Below are positions 50,323 to 59,572 of a DNA stretch of 64,000 nucleotides, piece by piece; position 1 is the stretch's first letter; each line of letters opens with the position of its first letter. Position numbers and translations under genes: made by a program. The stretch lies in contig OZ244937.1 in assembly GCA_965222075.1 (NCBI GenBank), forward strand, positions 5,184,001 to 5,248,000, given 5' to 3'. A model generated the notes under the pieces. The model was given only the letters and a program-made list of their open reading frames with translations. It did no database searches and was not told the origin of the DNA. The DNA is from Candidatus Latescibacterota bacterium (GTDB taxonomy: Bacteria > Latescibacterota > UBA2968 > GCA-2709665).

Positions 50323-51819
50323 ATGATTAAATATATCATCCTCAAAGAAATCCGTTATAACTTGATAAGCCCTGTTTTCGTAGCTACCTTTGTTCTCAGC
50401 TTTATTGTTATTATTCTAAGTATCTATATGGGACTCCGTAGCTTCAATGATCAGGTTATAGAATATTCTCAGATGAAGATAATTAACCGTAAAGAGTTGA
50501 ATGACAAAACTTATTATAGTGAAATTGGTGCTCAGGGTTTATATGTCAGTAAGCCCCCAGAAATTTTGGGTGTGCTGGTAGCTGGAGTAGAAAATATCAC
50601 AGGTCGTTATGTGCTTGTCAATATGACAAACAATCCTCGAATTATAGGTAGCAAAGTGGAAGGGAATCCGATATTTGCCATTTTTGGAGAACTAGATTTA
50701 ATGTTTGTTGTTAAAAACGTATTTAGCCTTATTATTGTTCTTCTTACTTACAGCACCATTTCTGGTGAGAAAGAAGAAGGAACCCTTAGGCTTATTTTTT
50801 CGAATCCTATACCTAGAGACTCTTTAATTTTAGGCAAAATGGCAGGAAATTTCCTATGTTTAATGGCTTGTTTGGCTATTCCTACTCTGCTTGGGATAGC
50901 ATTATTCGTGTCTTTTCAAAGTGTCCATTTAACATATGAAGGTATATTAAGGCTATTATGTATCTTGGGTGTATTTTTTTTATATATTACTTGCTTTTTT
51001 TCTCTGGGAATGTTCATCTCTACTTTAAGTAGTAGATCTCTGATCTCTTTTCTCGCATTGCTTTTTATTTGGATAACTTATATAATGGTGATTCCTAAAG
51101 GAAGTGTAATTTTAGCAAGCCAATTTGCACAAGTGCCTTCTATTCAACATTATTATACTCAAGTATCTCAGGTTCAAAAAGATATTCGAAAACAAGGCAG
51201 CCGTGAACTAAATCAATACCACAGTACAAACCCTCGCCCAAGAAGACCTCAAATTAAACCCAGTATTTCAAAAGGAGAACGTGAAGCAATTTTAGCTGCT
51301 TATAGACAATCTGTAGATGAATGGCGAGAGAGAGGAATCGCTAAGTCGAACGAAATTCGAGAAAAAGTAAGGGATAAGTGGCAGACAGAGCAAAGTAAAT
51401 TAGACCAGATCTATAAAAAACAGCGAGATGAATTAATCAGAGTGGCCACTAACCTGTCACGGATTTCTCCAGCTTCTGCAATGAACTATGCATCAATGAG
51501 TTTAGCAGGTACGGGTATCGAACAGCAAGGTATGTTTCTTACACAGGTAAGAGCATACCAAAGTGTATTTATTAATTATATTAAGAAAAAAATAGAGGAC
51601 GAGGGAGGGAGGATCTATCCTGATGGTCACATTAGCCTGTCTAGATCAAATATGGACAGTCCAATAGATCTAAGCGATATGCCGGTATTTCAATATAGAC
51701 AAAAACCATTCAGAGAAGTGATAGAAAGCGTTATGTTTGACTCAGCGTTGATAGTTCTATTCTCTCTATTGTTTTTCACAGGAGCGTATTTCTCCTTTCT
51801 CCGATATGATGTTCGTTAG
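50323..51819 (+). CDS. ABC-2 type transporter permease subunit (AT-rich, orphan)
   Basis: 'ISGEKEEGTLRL..SNP..R..LILGK', 'RISP' and 'F.RYDVR' C-terminus. Confidence 0.8.
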   Translation: MIKYIILKEIRYNLISPVFVATFVLSFIVIILSIYMGLRSFNDQVIEYSQMKIINRKELNDKTYYSEIGAQGLYVSKPPEILGVLVAGVENITGRYVLVNMTNNPRIIGSKVEGNPIFAIFGELDLMFVVKNVFSLIIVLLTYSTISGEKEEGTLRLIFSNPIPRDSLILGKMAGNFLCLMACLAIPTLLGIALFVSFQSVHLTYEGILRLLCILGVFFLYITCFFSLGMFISTLSSRSLISFLALLFIWITYIMVIPKGSVILASQFAQVPSIQHYYTQVSQVQKDIRKQGSRELNQYHSTNPRPRRPQIKPSISKGEREAILAAYRQSVDEWRERGIAKSNEIREKVRDKWQTEQSKLDQIYKKQRDELIRVATNLSRISPASAMNYASMSLAGTGIEQQGMFLTQVRAYQSVFINYIKKKIEDEGGRIYPDGHISLSRSNMDSPIDLSDMPVFQYRQKPFREVIESVMFDSALIVLFSLLFFTGAYFSFLRYDVR

Positions 51820-51939
51820 ACCTAAATGATATGAGTGTGTAGGAAATCGCGGGCGCTTTGAAAGGGCTTTCAGACGGCATAAATGCCTGCTCGATATTTC
51901 CCAAATCCCATTTTGGCCCCTGAGGCTGCTCATTGAGAC

Positions 51940-52140
51940 CAAACATCGAGGATACTTTAACTCTATTTTGGCCTTGATGGCAGCGAAGGCCTGACGCTTG
52001 AAGAAATCAGCGATATGATGAATCTCACGCGCGAGCGCATCCGCCAACTCAAAGAGAAGGCACTCCGAAAGCTACGGCGTCGGGCGTGTTACCAAGAGCT
52101 AAAGGTACTTACCAAAAGGCCCATTACGTCAAGCTGTTGA
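51940..52140 (+). pseudogene. RpoD/RpoS-type sigma70 region 4 remnant
   Basis: [42 protein letters not shown]. Confidence 0.8.
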
Positions 52141-52406
52141 ACGCCGCGATGGACGACATCGGTGGGGTGAAAAAGCTAACGCACATTCGGGAACTGGGTA
52201 TCCACGGACGACACGATGTAAGGACCCACGCAGGCGAAGTACCTGCTATTTTGGGCGTAATTCTTATTTGATGGTTATTTGATAGGTAAGGCAGTTTTCG
52301 AATCTGAAAAACCATGATTTTGACATAATATATGTATTTACAATAATTTAAATATTTCCAACTCTATTTGACGTTTATTTGATCTCGACTTTGTCCAAAT
52401 AGCTGC

Positions 52407-53819
52407 TCAGGCAGCTACTGGAAGGTCAAACATACACAAGAGATCCAGCATTTCCTTCGGAAATTGTACAAACTCAGCTTCTGGAGCAGAGTTCACGAGA
52501 AACCTGGCACGCCAGATATGGCGTCGAACCAGCAGTATACAGTCGGAGAAGGTCGGTTGCTGTTTTTTATACCACGCGGTAGTTTGAATCGGGATGGCGT
52601 TGTCCTGGCACAGGTGTAGGGTCATCAAGGTCACGAGGGAGAAAAGGGCCAGCAGGCAAGGTGTGGTTCTCTCGATCGCCAGGTCCGACCACTGGCGCTG
52701 TGTTTCCAGCCCCAGGTGAGCCCGAGCTTCCTCAAAGGTGACTTCGACCGACCAGCGCATGACCACCCATTTTAGGATCTGGAGGGGGCAGAGGCTTGGA
52801 TCGGTGCAGAAGAAGACCTCGTCCTTGAGCTTGCTTTGGGGGTCTCGCACGATCACATAGCGGATGGGCACAGGGTCCCAGCCGGGACGATACCACAGCG
52901 CTGTGCGAGAGAAAAGCAACATTGTCTTGCGTTTTCCGCCATACCAGAAGATCTCGTGGGACTGCCAGGGCGTGTCGGAACGGGCAGCCCATGTGCGTAA
53001 CCGTCTTTGCCGCTGGCCTTTCTTCGGCGTCGGACCACGCTGTCCTTTTTGTCGCGGCTTTGGGGGATGATAAAGCGCAGCGTCCCAACGCAGTCTTGAG
53101 ACCATCGTCGTGGAGATGCCCTTACAGGCCCAGATCAGCGACATCGCGGCAAATCCGCCATCTACAACCAATACCAGCAAGCGGTTGGGCAGCCAGCGAT
53201 GTACCTGTTTGATCATCTGGCGCGCCCAGTCAACACTGGTTTTATGCCTGCCCTTGGAAGGATGCGTTGGCTTCTTCTTGCCTGAGTTGGCGTTTTTTTC
53301 CTTCACCTCAGGTTCGCAGGGAAGCGTCAGGAAAGGCAAGGCCCAGATCCGATGGGAAAAAGGCACAGGCACCAGAAGCATCATAGAGACCCACTTGACG
53401 CCAAAACAACGCACCACGTGCTTCCTTGTTGAACGCACCGGATCTCGATAACAGCCCACATGCTTGATCTTTTTGCCACTGCGACGCTCGATCGTCTCAT
53501 CGACTCCCAGGACAATCGCACCTGGAGAAGGAAACATTGCCAGGAGCAATCCCAGCAAAATACGGCTCCCCTGAAGGCTATTCCATTTCACGCGGTTCAA
53601 CACGCGATGATAGTTGGTGAAATGCCTCTCCTCAGACCTGTCTGCGTGCAACGCACAGGCAGGTCGGCCCATCACGCGCAAAGCTGCGCTGACGGTGCGT
53701 TTGCCCGGTGACAGGATCGCTCCGATCATCAATTCTTGAGCGTGATACCAGACCCGGTCAGAAAACAATGGCGCAAATGCGGCGAGAATAGTTATGATAC
53801 CTTCTGGCAGAGGATGCAT
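52407..53819 (-). CDS. IS701/IS4-superfamily DDE transposase
   Basis: GVDETIERR, VVDGGF and RWSVEVTFEEARAHLG motifs. Confidence 0.85.
   Translation of the reverse strand: MHPLPEGIITILAAFAPLFSDRVWYHAQELMIGAILSPGKRTVSAALRVMGRPACALHADRSEERHFTNYHRVLNRVKWNSLQGSRILLGLLLAMFPSPGAIVLGVDETIERRSGKKIKHVGCYRDPVRSTRKHVVRCFGVKWVSMMLLVPVPFSHRIWALPFLTLPCEPEVKEKNANSGKKKPTHPSKGRHKTSVDWARQMIKQVHRWLPNRLLVLVVDGGFAAMSLIWACKGISTTMVSRLRWDAALYHPPKPRQKGQRGPTPKKGQRQRRLRTWAARSDTPWQSHEIFWYGGKRKTMLLFSRTALWYRPGWDPVPIRYVIVRDPQSKLKDEVFFCTDPSLCPLQILKWVVMRWSVEVTFEEARAHLGLETQRQWSDLAIERTTPCLLALFSLVTLMTLHLCQDNAIPIQTTAWYKKQQPTFSDCILLVRRHIWRARFLVNSAPEAEFVQFPKEMLDLLCMFDLPVAA
53637..53663. repeat. 27-bp palindromic element inserted in frame in the transposase (adds PACALHADR)
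   Basis: cctgtctgcgtgcaacgcacaggcagg sits between codons MGR and SEERHF. Confidence 0.8.
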
Positions 53820-54014
53820 TGGAATCTCCTTGACTTGGATATTGGCATAATACCCAAGATAGGAAATTCTGTGTCCTCTGCTACTTCATTTTGGCCAAAG
53901 TCCAGTTTAAATGTTTGGCCTAAAAAGCAAGAAAATTCACGATAATAAATTTCATAAGTGATTTTTTTACAGACTGTTAATTCGCCCGTAAAATCCTACA
54001 CACTCAAATGATAT

Positions 54015-55734
54015 GAGTGTGTAGGAAATCGCGGGGGTATCAACTGACTGTAAAATCGATAGTTTTTGAAGTATGAAAATTTGATAGGACGCCTATATTG
54101 GCAAACATCCAGAACACTATCTCATGTTTGACCAAAAAGGAGCCCTATCATGATGACAATGTACGAAAAGGAAGCCTTGTTTGAAAGCCTAGATGACACA
54201 TTTTCTGAGATCAAGGCATATCTTATAGGAGCTATAGACCGAGAAGAACTCCATGAGGTTGAGCACCATCTGTTTCGCCAGATGCAGCGCTTGGGTCGTG
54301 GTTTTCTGGAGGCCTTTGTTGCTCTGTCGGGCACGGGATATGAAGCTGGCAATCCAGTGCTGAGTGAAGAAGGGCATAAAATGGAGTATAAGGGAACCGA
54401 GGCGGAGGGTTCGCCCTATATGTCCATCTTTGGAGAAATCAGGATCTACCGTGCAGCCTATGCCCATCCTGCTGGTGGGAGGGTATATCCCATCGATGCG
54501 CAACTGAATCTGCCAGCACATAAATACTCTTACTTGCTTTTGAAGTGGCTACAAGCTTCAAGCACACAACAGGATTTTCGCAGCGCGGTCAACCGATTCA
54601 ACGAGATCTTAGATTTTTCCTTTTTCCCGGATCTGCCTCAGCGTCAGGGCCTACCCATTGCGGAGTATATCGAGCCTTTCTATGAGCAGGTTGAAGCGCC
54701 ACCCCTACAATCAGAAAGCAGTCATATAGCCATCAGCGCCGATTGTAAGGGCGTACGTATCCTGAAAAGTAAACAGGAAGAGACAAAGGAAGAACCGCCT
54801 GCCAAACCCCGTCGGGGCAAAGGAGAAAAGCCCGGCATCAAGAAAGATGCGGTGGTCGTCACAGACTTTTCATTCGACCCACACGCACGCGATTCTGAAG
54901 AAATCGTCAAAGGCTTGCTTTCCCAGTTCACAAAAGAAGAACAAGAACAGAAAAAACAGGATCGGAAATGTCGTCGAGAAGAAGGTCTGCCTGAGCCTCG
55001 GGTACCACACAATAAGCACGTCTTTGCGACTCTCCAGGGCAAAAAAGCCGCCTTCGACCATATGCTTGAGCACGTCCAGAAGCGAGATCCCCAGGGCCAA
55101 AAACTACTGATCGCGCTACTGGATGGCGATCCTTATCTGGAGGATCGGTTGCTCAAAGACCTGAACATCCACGGCATGGAGGATCAACTCGATGCGCTGA
55201 TCCTGGATATCATCCATGCCAGTGAATACCTCTGGGATGTGGGCACAGCGCTCTATGGCGAAAAAGGACCTGAACGAATCAAGTGGATCGAAGAAAAGCT
55301 CTATGCCCTCCTGGAGGGTAAAGTCGGCTACCTCATCGGGGGACTACGCCAGATGCTGACCAAAAACCAAGACCGGCTCACCCAGCCTCAAAAGAAGGCT
55401 CTAAAAAAAACCATCATCTACTTCGATAACCACCAACATATGATGCACTACGACGTCTACCTCAAGAAAGGTTACCCGATTGCTACAGGCGTAGTCGAAG
55501 GCACCTGCGGCTCTCTCGTCAAAGACCGGATGGAGCAATCAGGCATGCGATGGTCCATCAACGGTGCTCAGGCTGTCTTGGCTCAGCGCGCCGTTGTGAA
55601 AAATGGCGACTGGAATGACTTCTTCACATACTACATTGACTCCGAACGTGACCGACTCTACCCAACTGTATATGAGAGAGTCGCACCTTACCAAAAAGCT
55701 GCTTAAACCTGCTCCCGTGAACTCCTACACACTC
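54015..55734 (+). mobile_element. ISKra4-family insertion sequence
   Basis: IRs GAGTGTGTAGGA/TCCTACACACTC; 9-bp direct repeat AAATGATAT at 54006-14 and 55735-43. Confidence 0.9.
54150..55706 (+). CDS. ISKra4-family (Mutator-like) DDE transposase
   Basis: SADCKGV, LDIIHASEYLW and GYPIATGVVEGTC..LVKDRME.SGMRW motifs. Confidence 0.88.
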   Translation: MMTMYEKEALFESLDDTFSEIKAYLIGAIDREELHEVEHHLFRQMQRLGRGFLEAFVALSGTGYEAGNPVLSEEGHKMEYKGTEAEGSPYMSIFGEIRIYRAAYAHPAGGRVYPIDAQLNLPAHKYSYLLLKWLQASSTQQDFRSAVNRFNEILDFSFFPDLPQRQGLPIAEYIEPFYEQVEAPPLQSESSHIAISADCKGVRILKSKQEETKEEPPAKPRRGKGEKPGIKKDAVVVTDFSFDPHARDSEEIVKGLLSQFTKEEQEQKKQDRKCRREEGLPEPRVPHNKHVFATLQGKKAAFDHMLEHVQKRDPQGQKLLIALLDGDPYLEDRLLKDLNIHGMEDQLDALILDIIHASEYLWDVGTALYGEKGPERIKWIEEKLYALLEGKVGYLIGGLRQMLTKNQDRLTQPQKKALKKTIIYFDNHQHMMHYDVYLKKGYPIATGVVEGTCGSLVKDRMEQSGMRWSINGAQAVLAQRAVVKNGDWNDFFTYYIDSERDRLYPTVYERVAPYQKAA

Positions 55735-55879
55735 AAATGATATTTGAGAAAAATTAGCTACATTTTTCTGTCCTTATCTGATAGACTGGATTCCGGCGTG
55801 TGGCTATGCCATCGTCTTCGGCATGCGTATGATGTTCATGTCGTGATCTCCACAACACCATCTGTCCGAGGAGGTTTGA

Positions 55880-56010
55880 CATAATCGGGCCTCTCTGTGG
55901 GTGCGGAAACAGCGGCGGTTGATCAGTCCCAAGGGTGAGGAAAAGCTCTCACAAAGAGCATTGTCATAGCAGCAGTCGCCTACAGATCCCACCGAGGAGC
56001 GCACCCCCGC
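55880..56010 (-). pseudogene. IS3-family transposase core remnant
   Basis: S.GSVGDC.YDNALCESF...RR.FRT..EAR. Confidence 0.7.
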
Positions 56011-56054
56011 CAAAATCTTACATGAACCCCTTTTTATCAAGTTGGCGAACGATT

Positions 56055-57890
56055 ATGATTTATCTCAGGACAAGTTTTCTGCTGATTTTTTTCTATATGG
56101 GGAATGCTGGGTGTACCCAGCATATTGGTGGGCTTATTGAAAATCTTAAGCATAAGCGCAGGGGAGTCCGTGTACATGCTGCACAGGAGCTGGGAGAGAT
56201 TGGGGACAGACAGGCAGTTGTTCCGTTGATTGGATCTTTAAGAGATGAGGAGGTTCGGGTTCGCCTGGCTGTCATAGAGGCTTTGGGAAAACTTCGGGAT
56301 GAGCGGGCTGTAGAACCTCTAATCGCTGTATTGAAGGATCGGGAGGTCATTGTCAGGCTGGCTGCCGTGAACGCATTGGCGCAGATTGGTGATTCTCAGG
56401 CAGTCAGGCCATTGCTGGAGTTTCTGCAGGTTGGAGGAGATGCAAACCTCCGGTTGGAAGCGATAGAGGCTTTAGGTGAAATTGGAGATGCGCGCGCTAT
56501 TGGTCCGCTATCTGCCGCATTAAAAAGCGGAGACCGCAATACCAGGTGGGTGGCCGCAGCGGCTCTGGCCGGAATTGGTGATCGATCCGGGCTGGGTCCG
56601 TTGCTGGATGCACTTATAGAGAGAGATGCGTCTGTTCGGCATATTGTGGTATATGCGCTTGGAAAAATCGATCCGGACTGGAGACAAAGAGAAGAAGCAG
56701 GCCAGGCGATGACACGTTTGATAGATGCTTTGAAGGACAAAACACTTGTTCTTTCCGATCGTCAGCTTGTTGTTCTGGCACTTGATGAAATCGATCCGAA
56801 TTGGAGGCAAATGGCGTGGGCTGACAGTGTGATATCTGATTTGATAATCCGTTTGAAGAACGAAGATCCGCTGGTACGAGAAGCCGCTGCAGAGGCGCTG
56901 GGTGAGGTTGGAAACCGGCGTGCAGTGGAAGGACTTTTGAATGCGTTACACGATGAAGCGGCGGCAGTTCGGCAGGTTGCGGCCTGGGCACTGGGAAGGC
57001 TGGGAAATGGACGTGAGGTTGAGCCTCTCATAGCGGCCCTGAAAGATCCGGATCGGCGGGTTCAATTTTCGGCTGCTATTGCATTGGGAGAGATCAAAGA
57101 CGTTCGCGCTGTGGAGCCTTTAATTTCGATGCTGTCTGTGGAGATACCGAATCCACAAAGATTTTTAGACCCGAAGGATGTTCGGGTAGGGGCGGCAGTG
57201 GCTCTGGGAAAACTGAGAGATGTTCGAGCGGTAGGTCCACTTACTTCGCTGCTGAGTCATTGGAGTGAATTTATCCGCCGGTCAGCAGCGGATGCTTTGG
57301 GAAGGATCGGGGATCATCGTGCTGTAAGGCCATTGATTGTTGCTCTGGGAGATGCTGACAGGGTGGTTCGCCGGGCAGCAGCAGACGCACTGGGGAAGAT
57401 TGGGGATGCACGTGCTGTGGGTCCCCTTATTGCAGCGATGCAGGCCGGGCGTATCGTCCCTCAGCAAGTTGTGTCGGCATTAGAAAAGATCGATCCGATG
57501 TGGCGAGACCACAAGGCGGTGGCCCCATTGGTTTCCAGTCTGATTGAACAACTGAACCATTCAGATCCAGCAGTTCGGTGGCAGGCGGCGGAAACCCTGG
57601 GAGAAATCGCGGATGAAAGCGCAACGCAGGCGTTGATTGATGCTATGATGAAACGGAATATACCGGTGGTGGCCGGCGCTCATCCTTTTTTTCTTCGTAA
57701 AAGGATACGAGAATCCGAATACAGGCTTGTTGAAGCGTTGAATACCTATGGCGATGAAAGTATGGCCAATAGGTTTATGAGATCAGGGCGACCGTTACTT
57801 ATAAAGGCTGCCCAAAAATGGGCACGGTTTAAGGGGATTGCGCTGATCTCCTGGCCACTCGAACGAAATTACTGGTTGAGCAGAGAATGA
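56055..57890 (+). CDS. HEAT-repeat (PBS-lyase-like) protein, probable lipoprotein
   Basis: Many VR..AA.ALG.IGD.RAV.PLI..L.D repeats; hydrophobic N-terminus ending NAGC. Confidence 0.85.
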   Translation: MIYLRTSFLLIFFYMGNAGCTQHIGGLIENLKHKRRGVRVHAAQELGEIGDRQAVVPLIGSLRDEEVRVRLAVIEALGKLRDERAVEPLIAVLKDREVIVRLAAVNALAQIGDSQAVRPLLEFLQVGGDANLRLEAIEALGEIGDARAIGPLSAALKSGDRNTRWVAAAALAGIGDRSGLGPLLDALIERDASVRHIVVYALGKIDPDWRQREEAGQAMTRLIDALKDKTLVLSDRQLVVLALDEIDPNWRQMAWADSVISDLIIRLKNEDPLVREAAAEALGEVGNRRAVEGLLNALHDEAAAVRQVAAWALGRLGNGREVEPLIAALKDPDRRVQFSAAIALGEIKDVRAVEPLISMLSVEIPNPQRFLDPKDVRVGAAVALGKLRDVRAVGPLTSLLSHWSEFIRRSAADALGRIGDHRAVRPLIVALGDADRVVRRAAADALGKIGDARAVGPLIAAMQAGRIVPQQVVSALEKIDPMWRDHKAVAPLVSSLIEQLNHSDPAVRWQAAETLGEIADESATQALIDAMMKRNIPVVAGAHPFFLRKRIRESEYRLVEALNTYGDESMANRFMRSGRPLLIKAAQKWARFKGIALISWPLERNYWLSRE

Positions 57891-58356
57891 TTGTTAATGG
57901 CGATCCGGATAGCCCCCATCTCCGTCTGTCGATGCCAGGTTCAAGAGATAGCAGTTCGAGATTTATGGAGGACTATGTCCTGCAGCAGTCAGGAGTTGTT
58001 GGGGATTCGGTCCTGCAGCGTCGAAGATTTTCTGGACTTCCGGATCAACTCTGTTGAGGATCCAAAAGGTTTGCCCGGACCGCTGGAAGGAAATCAAGGA
58101 AATCTCTGTGATACGCACCTTCTTGAAAACAACTCAGATCGGGTGGCCTCACTTTCGATATAGGATATCTCGATAGTCAGAGTCTCCAGGTGGCCGTCTT
58201 CCTGAGATGCCCTTGATGATCCACACCACCCTGGAGCAACACCTTTTCAAGGAGTCAAAGTAGTGATAAAGAGCTACTTACATCTGGCCATCCGAAATCT
58301 TTTCAGGCACAAATACCTTTTTAAAACAGCTTCTCAGAGCCTTTGAATTCGTCGAT

Positions 58357-59169
58357 TTGGCATCGACACAGGAGTCTCGAAGTGCTTTCTTTCTCGTACC
58401 AGCACTCCGGAGTATTACTGAAGAAATTATCTTGCTTCGTTTTTTGTCGCGCTTTCCCCATGAGGTGCGTCACCAAACTCTGAACAATATGCTCAACCTC
58501 ATGGCCGCGAAAACATTACACGATCAAGAGGCCTTTTTTGTGACGTTTCGACCATTTCAACCAGTTCTCCGGTCGGCAAATATAGAAAGTATGGACATAC
58601 AGAAAGTCAGGCACGAACTTCGTTCGTTTTGGCGGAATAACGGGTGGCTAAAGTTGAACAGAGACATGCCACCAACCAGGGAAATTGCTGAGAGATCGGA
58701 CCCAGAAGTACTACATGTGGTCTACGATTTCATATATCGAATCGCGTCAGACGCGGTCCACTTTAACCCTCGCGCGTTGTTGCGAACGGGCTGGGGGAAC
58801 ATTCCGCGAGAAGCAACATTTAGCTCCAGAAATATGGGTGACTACTACCTCGCGATGTGTCGGGTTTACGGCAGCTATCTATTTTGTTTGTACTTTGAAT
58901 TCTTTGGCCAATTCTTAAGGCTAAATCAGGAAGAGAAGTCCGCAGTCAGAGAACTTAGAAAGTACCTTCTGAGTCTACCCCGTTGGCCAGAAATGATTAC
59001 GTTTGAAGAAATGAATATAGATGTGTCCCGACCTACGTTTTCATCAATGCTTCTTTATGCAATGTACGACGGCATTATGGCAGACGGGTTTATTTCCGGA
59101 ACAAAACAAATGATTGCTCTCCGCGAAAACCAGAGATCGCGATCATCGAAAGAAGCACCACGAAAATGA
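58357..59169 (+). CDS. DUF5677-like (HEPN-like) protein, probably 5'-truncated
   Basis: 'LRSITE' and 'YDFIYR..SD.VHF' motifs; frame open upstream to 58270 with no ATG; ATGA overlap with the DUF1156 fragment. Confidence 0.55.
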   Translation: MASTQESRSAFFLVPALRSITEEIILLRFLSRFPHEVRHQTLNNMLNLMAAKTLHDQEAFFVTFRPFQPVLRSANIESMDIQKVRHELRSFWRNNGWLKLNRDMPPTREIAERSDPEVLHVVYDFIYRIASDAVHFNPRALLRTGWGNIPREATFSSRNMGDYYLAMCRVYGSYLFCLYFEFFGQFLRLNQEEKSAVRELRKYLLSLPRWPEMITFEEMNIDVSRPTFSSMLLYAMYDGIMADGFISGTKQMIALRENQRSRSSKEAPRK

Positions 59170-59446
59170 TCCCTAGAGAATGCAAACGCCTCGCCGAAGT
59201 CGACTTCCCCATTGCCGAGGTTTCCAGGCACGCGGCGCGGGAGAAGTCGATTCGGCACGGGCACCCCTCGACGCTGCACCTGTGGTGGGCGCGGCGGCCG
59301 TTGGCCTCGTCGCGGGCGGTGTTGATGGCGTTGCTGCTGCCGGATCCGTGCGACGCGCACTGTCCGGAGGCGTTCGAGTCGGAGGCCCGCCGCATTCTCC
59401 TCGAGATGGACGGGCGGCGGCAACGGTGGACAGCGGCTGTCGAACC
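59166..59446 (+). pseudogene. DUF1156 5' fragment (copy 2), 281-bp direct repeat of 62478..62758
   Basis: About 27 mismatches counted by eye (~90% identity), no indels. Confidence 0.9.
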
Positions 59447-59572
59447 CCATCTGCGATCCGGCACGCTTCAACTGGAACGAAGTGAGGAAGGTCGCGCACT
59501 ATTACCTGTCCGTCAACGGATTGACACAACCGATGTAGTTGGGGGAGAATGAGTCTCCTTATTGAGGGTAAT

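Larger units (their letters stand above)
52384..53905 (-). mobile_element. IS701-like insertion sequence
   Basis: Imperfect IRs ctcgactttgtccaaa / tttggccaaagtccag (14/16) bracket the transposase. Confidence 0.7.
51833..54005. mobile_element. Non-autonomous ISKra4-ended element carrying a sigma70 fragment and a nested IS701-like element
   Basis: Ends GAGTGTGTAGGA-N5-CGGG and reverse complement; flanked by AAATGATAT at 51824-32 and 54006-14. Confidence 0.8.

Noticed and set aside
59521-59550. TTGACA-based promoter for Sir2-HerA
   Set aside because: The -10 match (GAGAAT at 18 bp spacing) is weak
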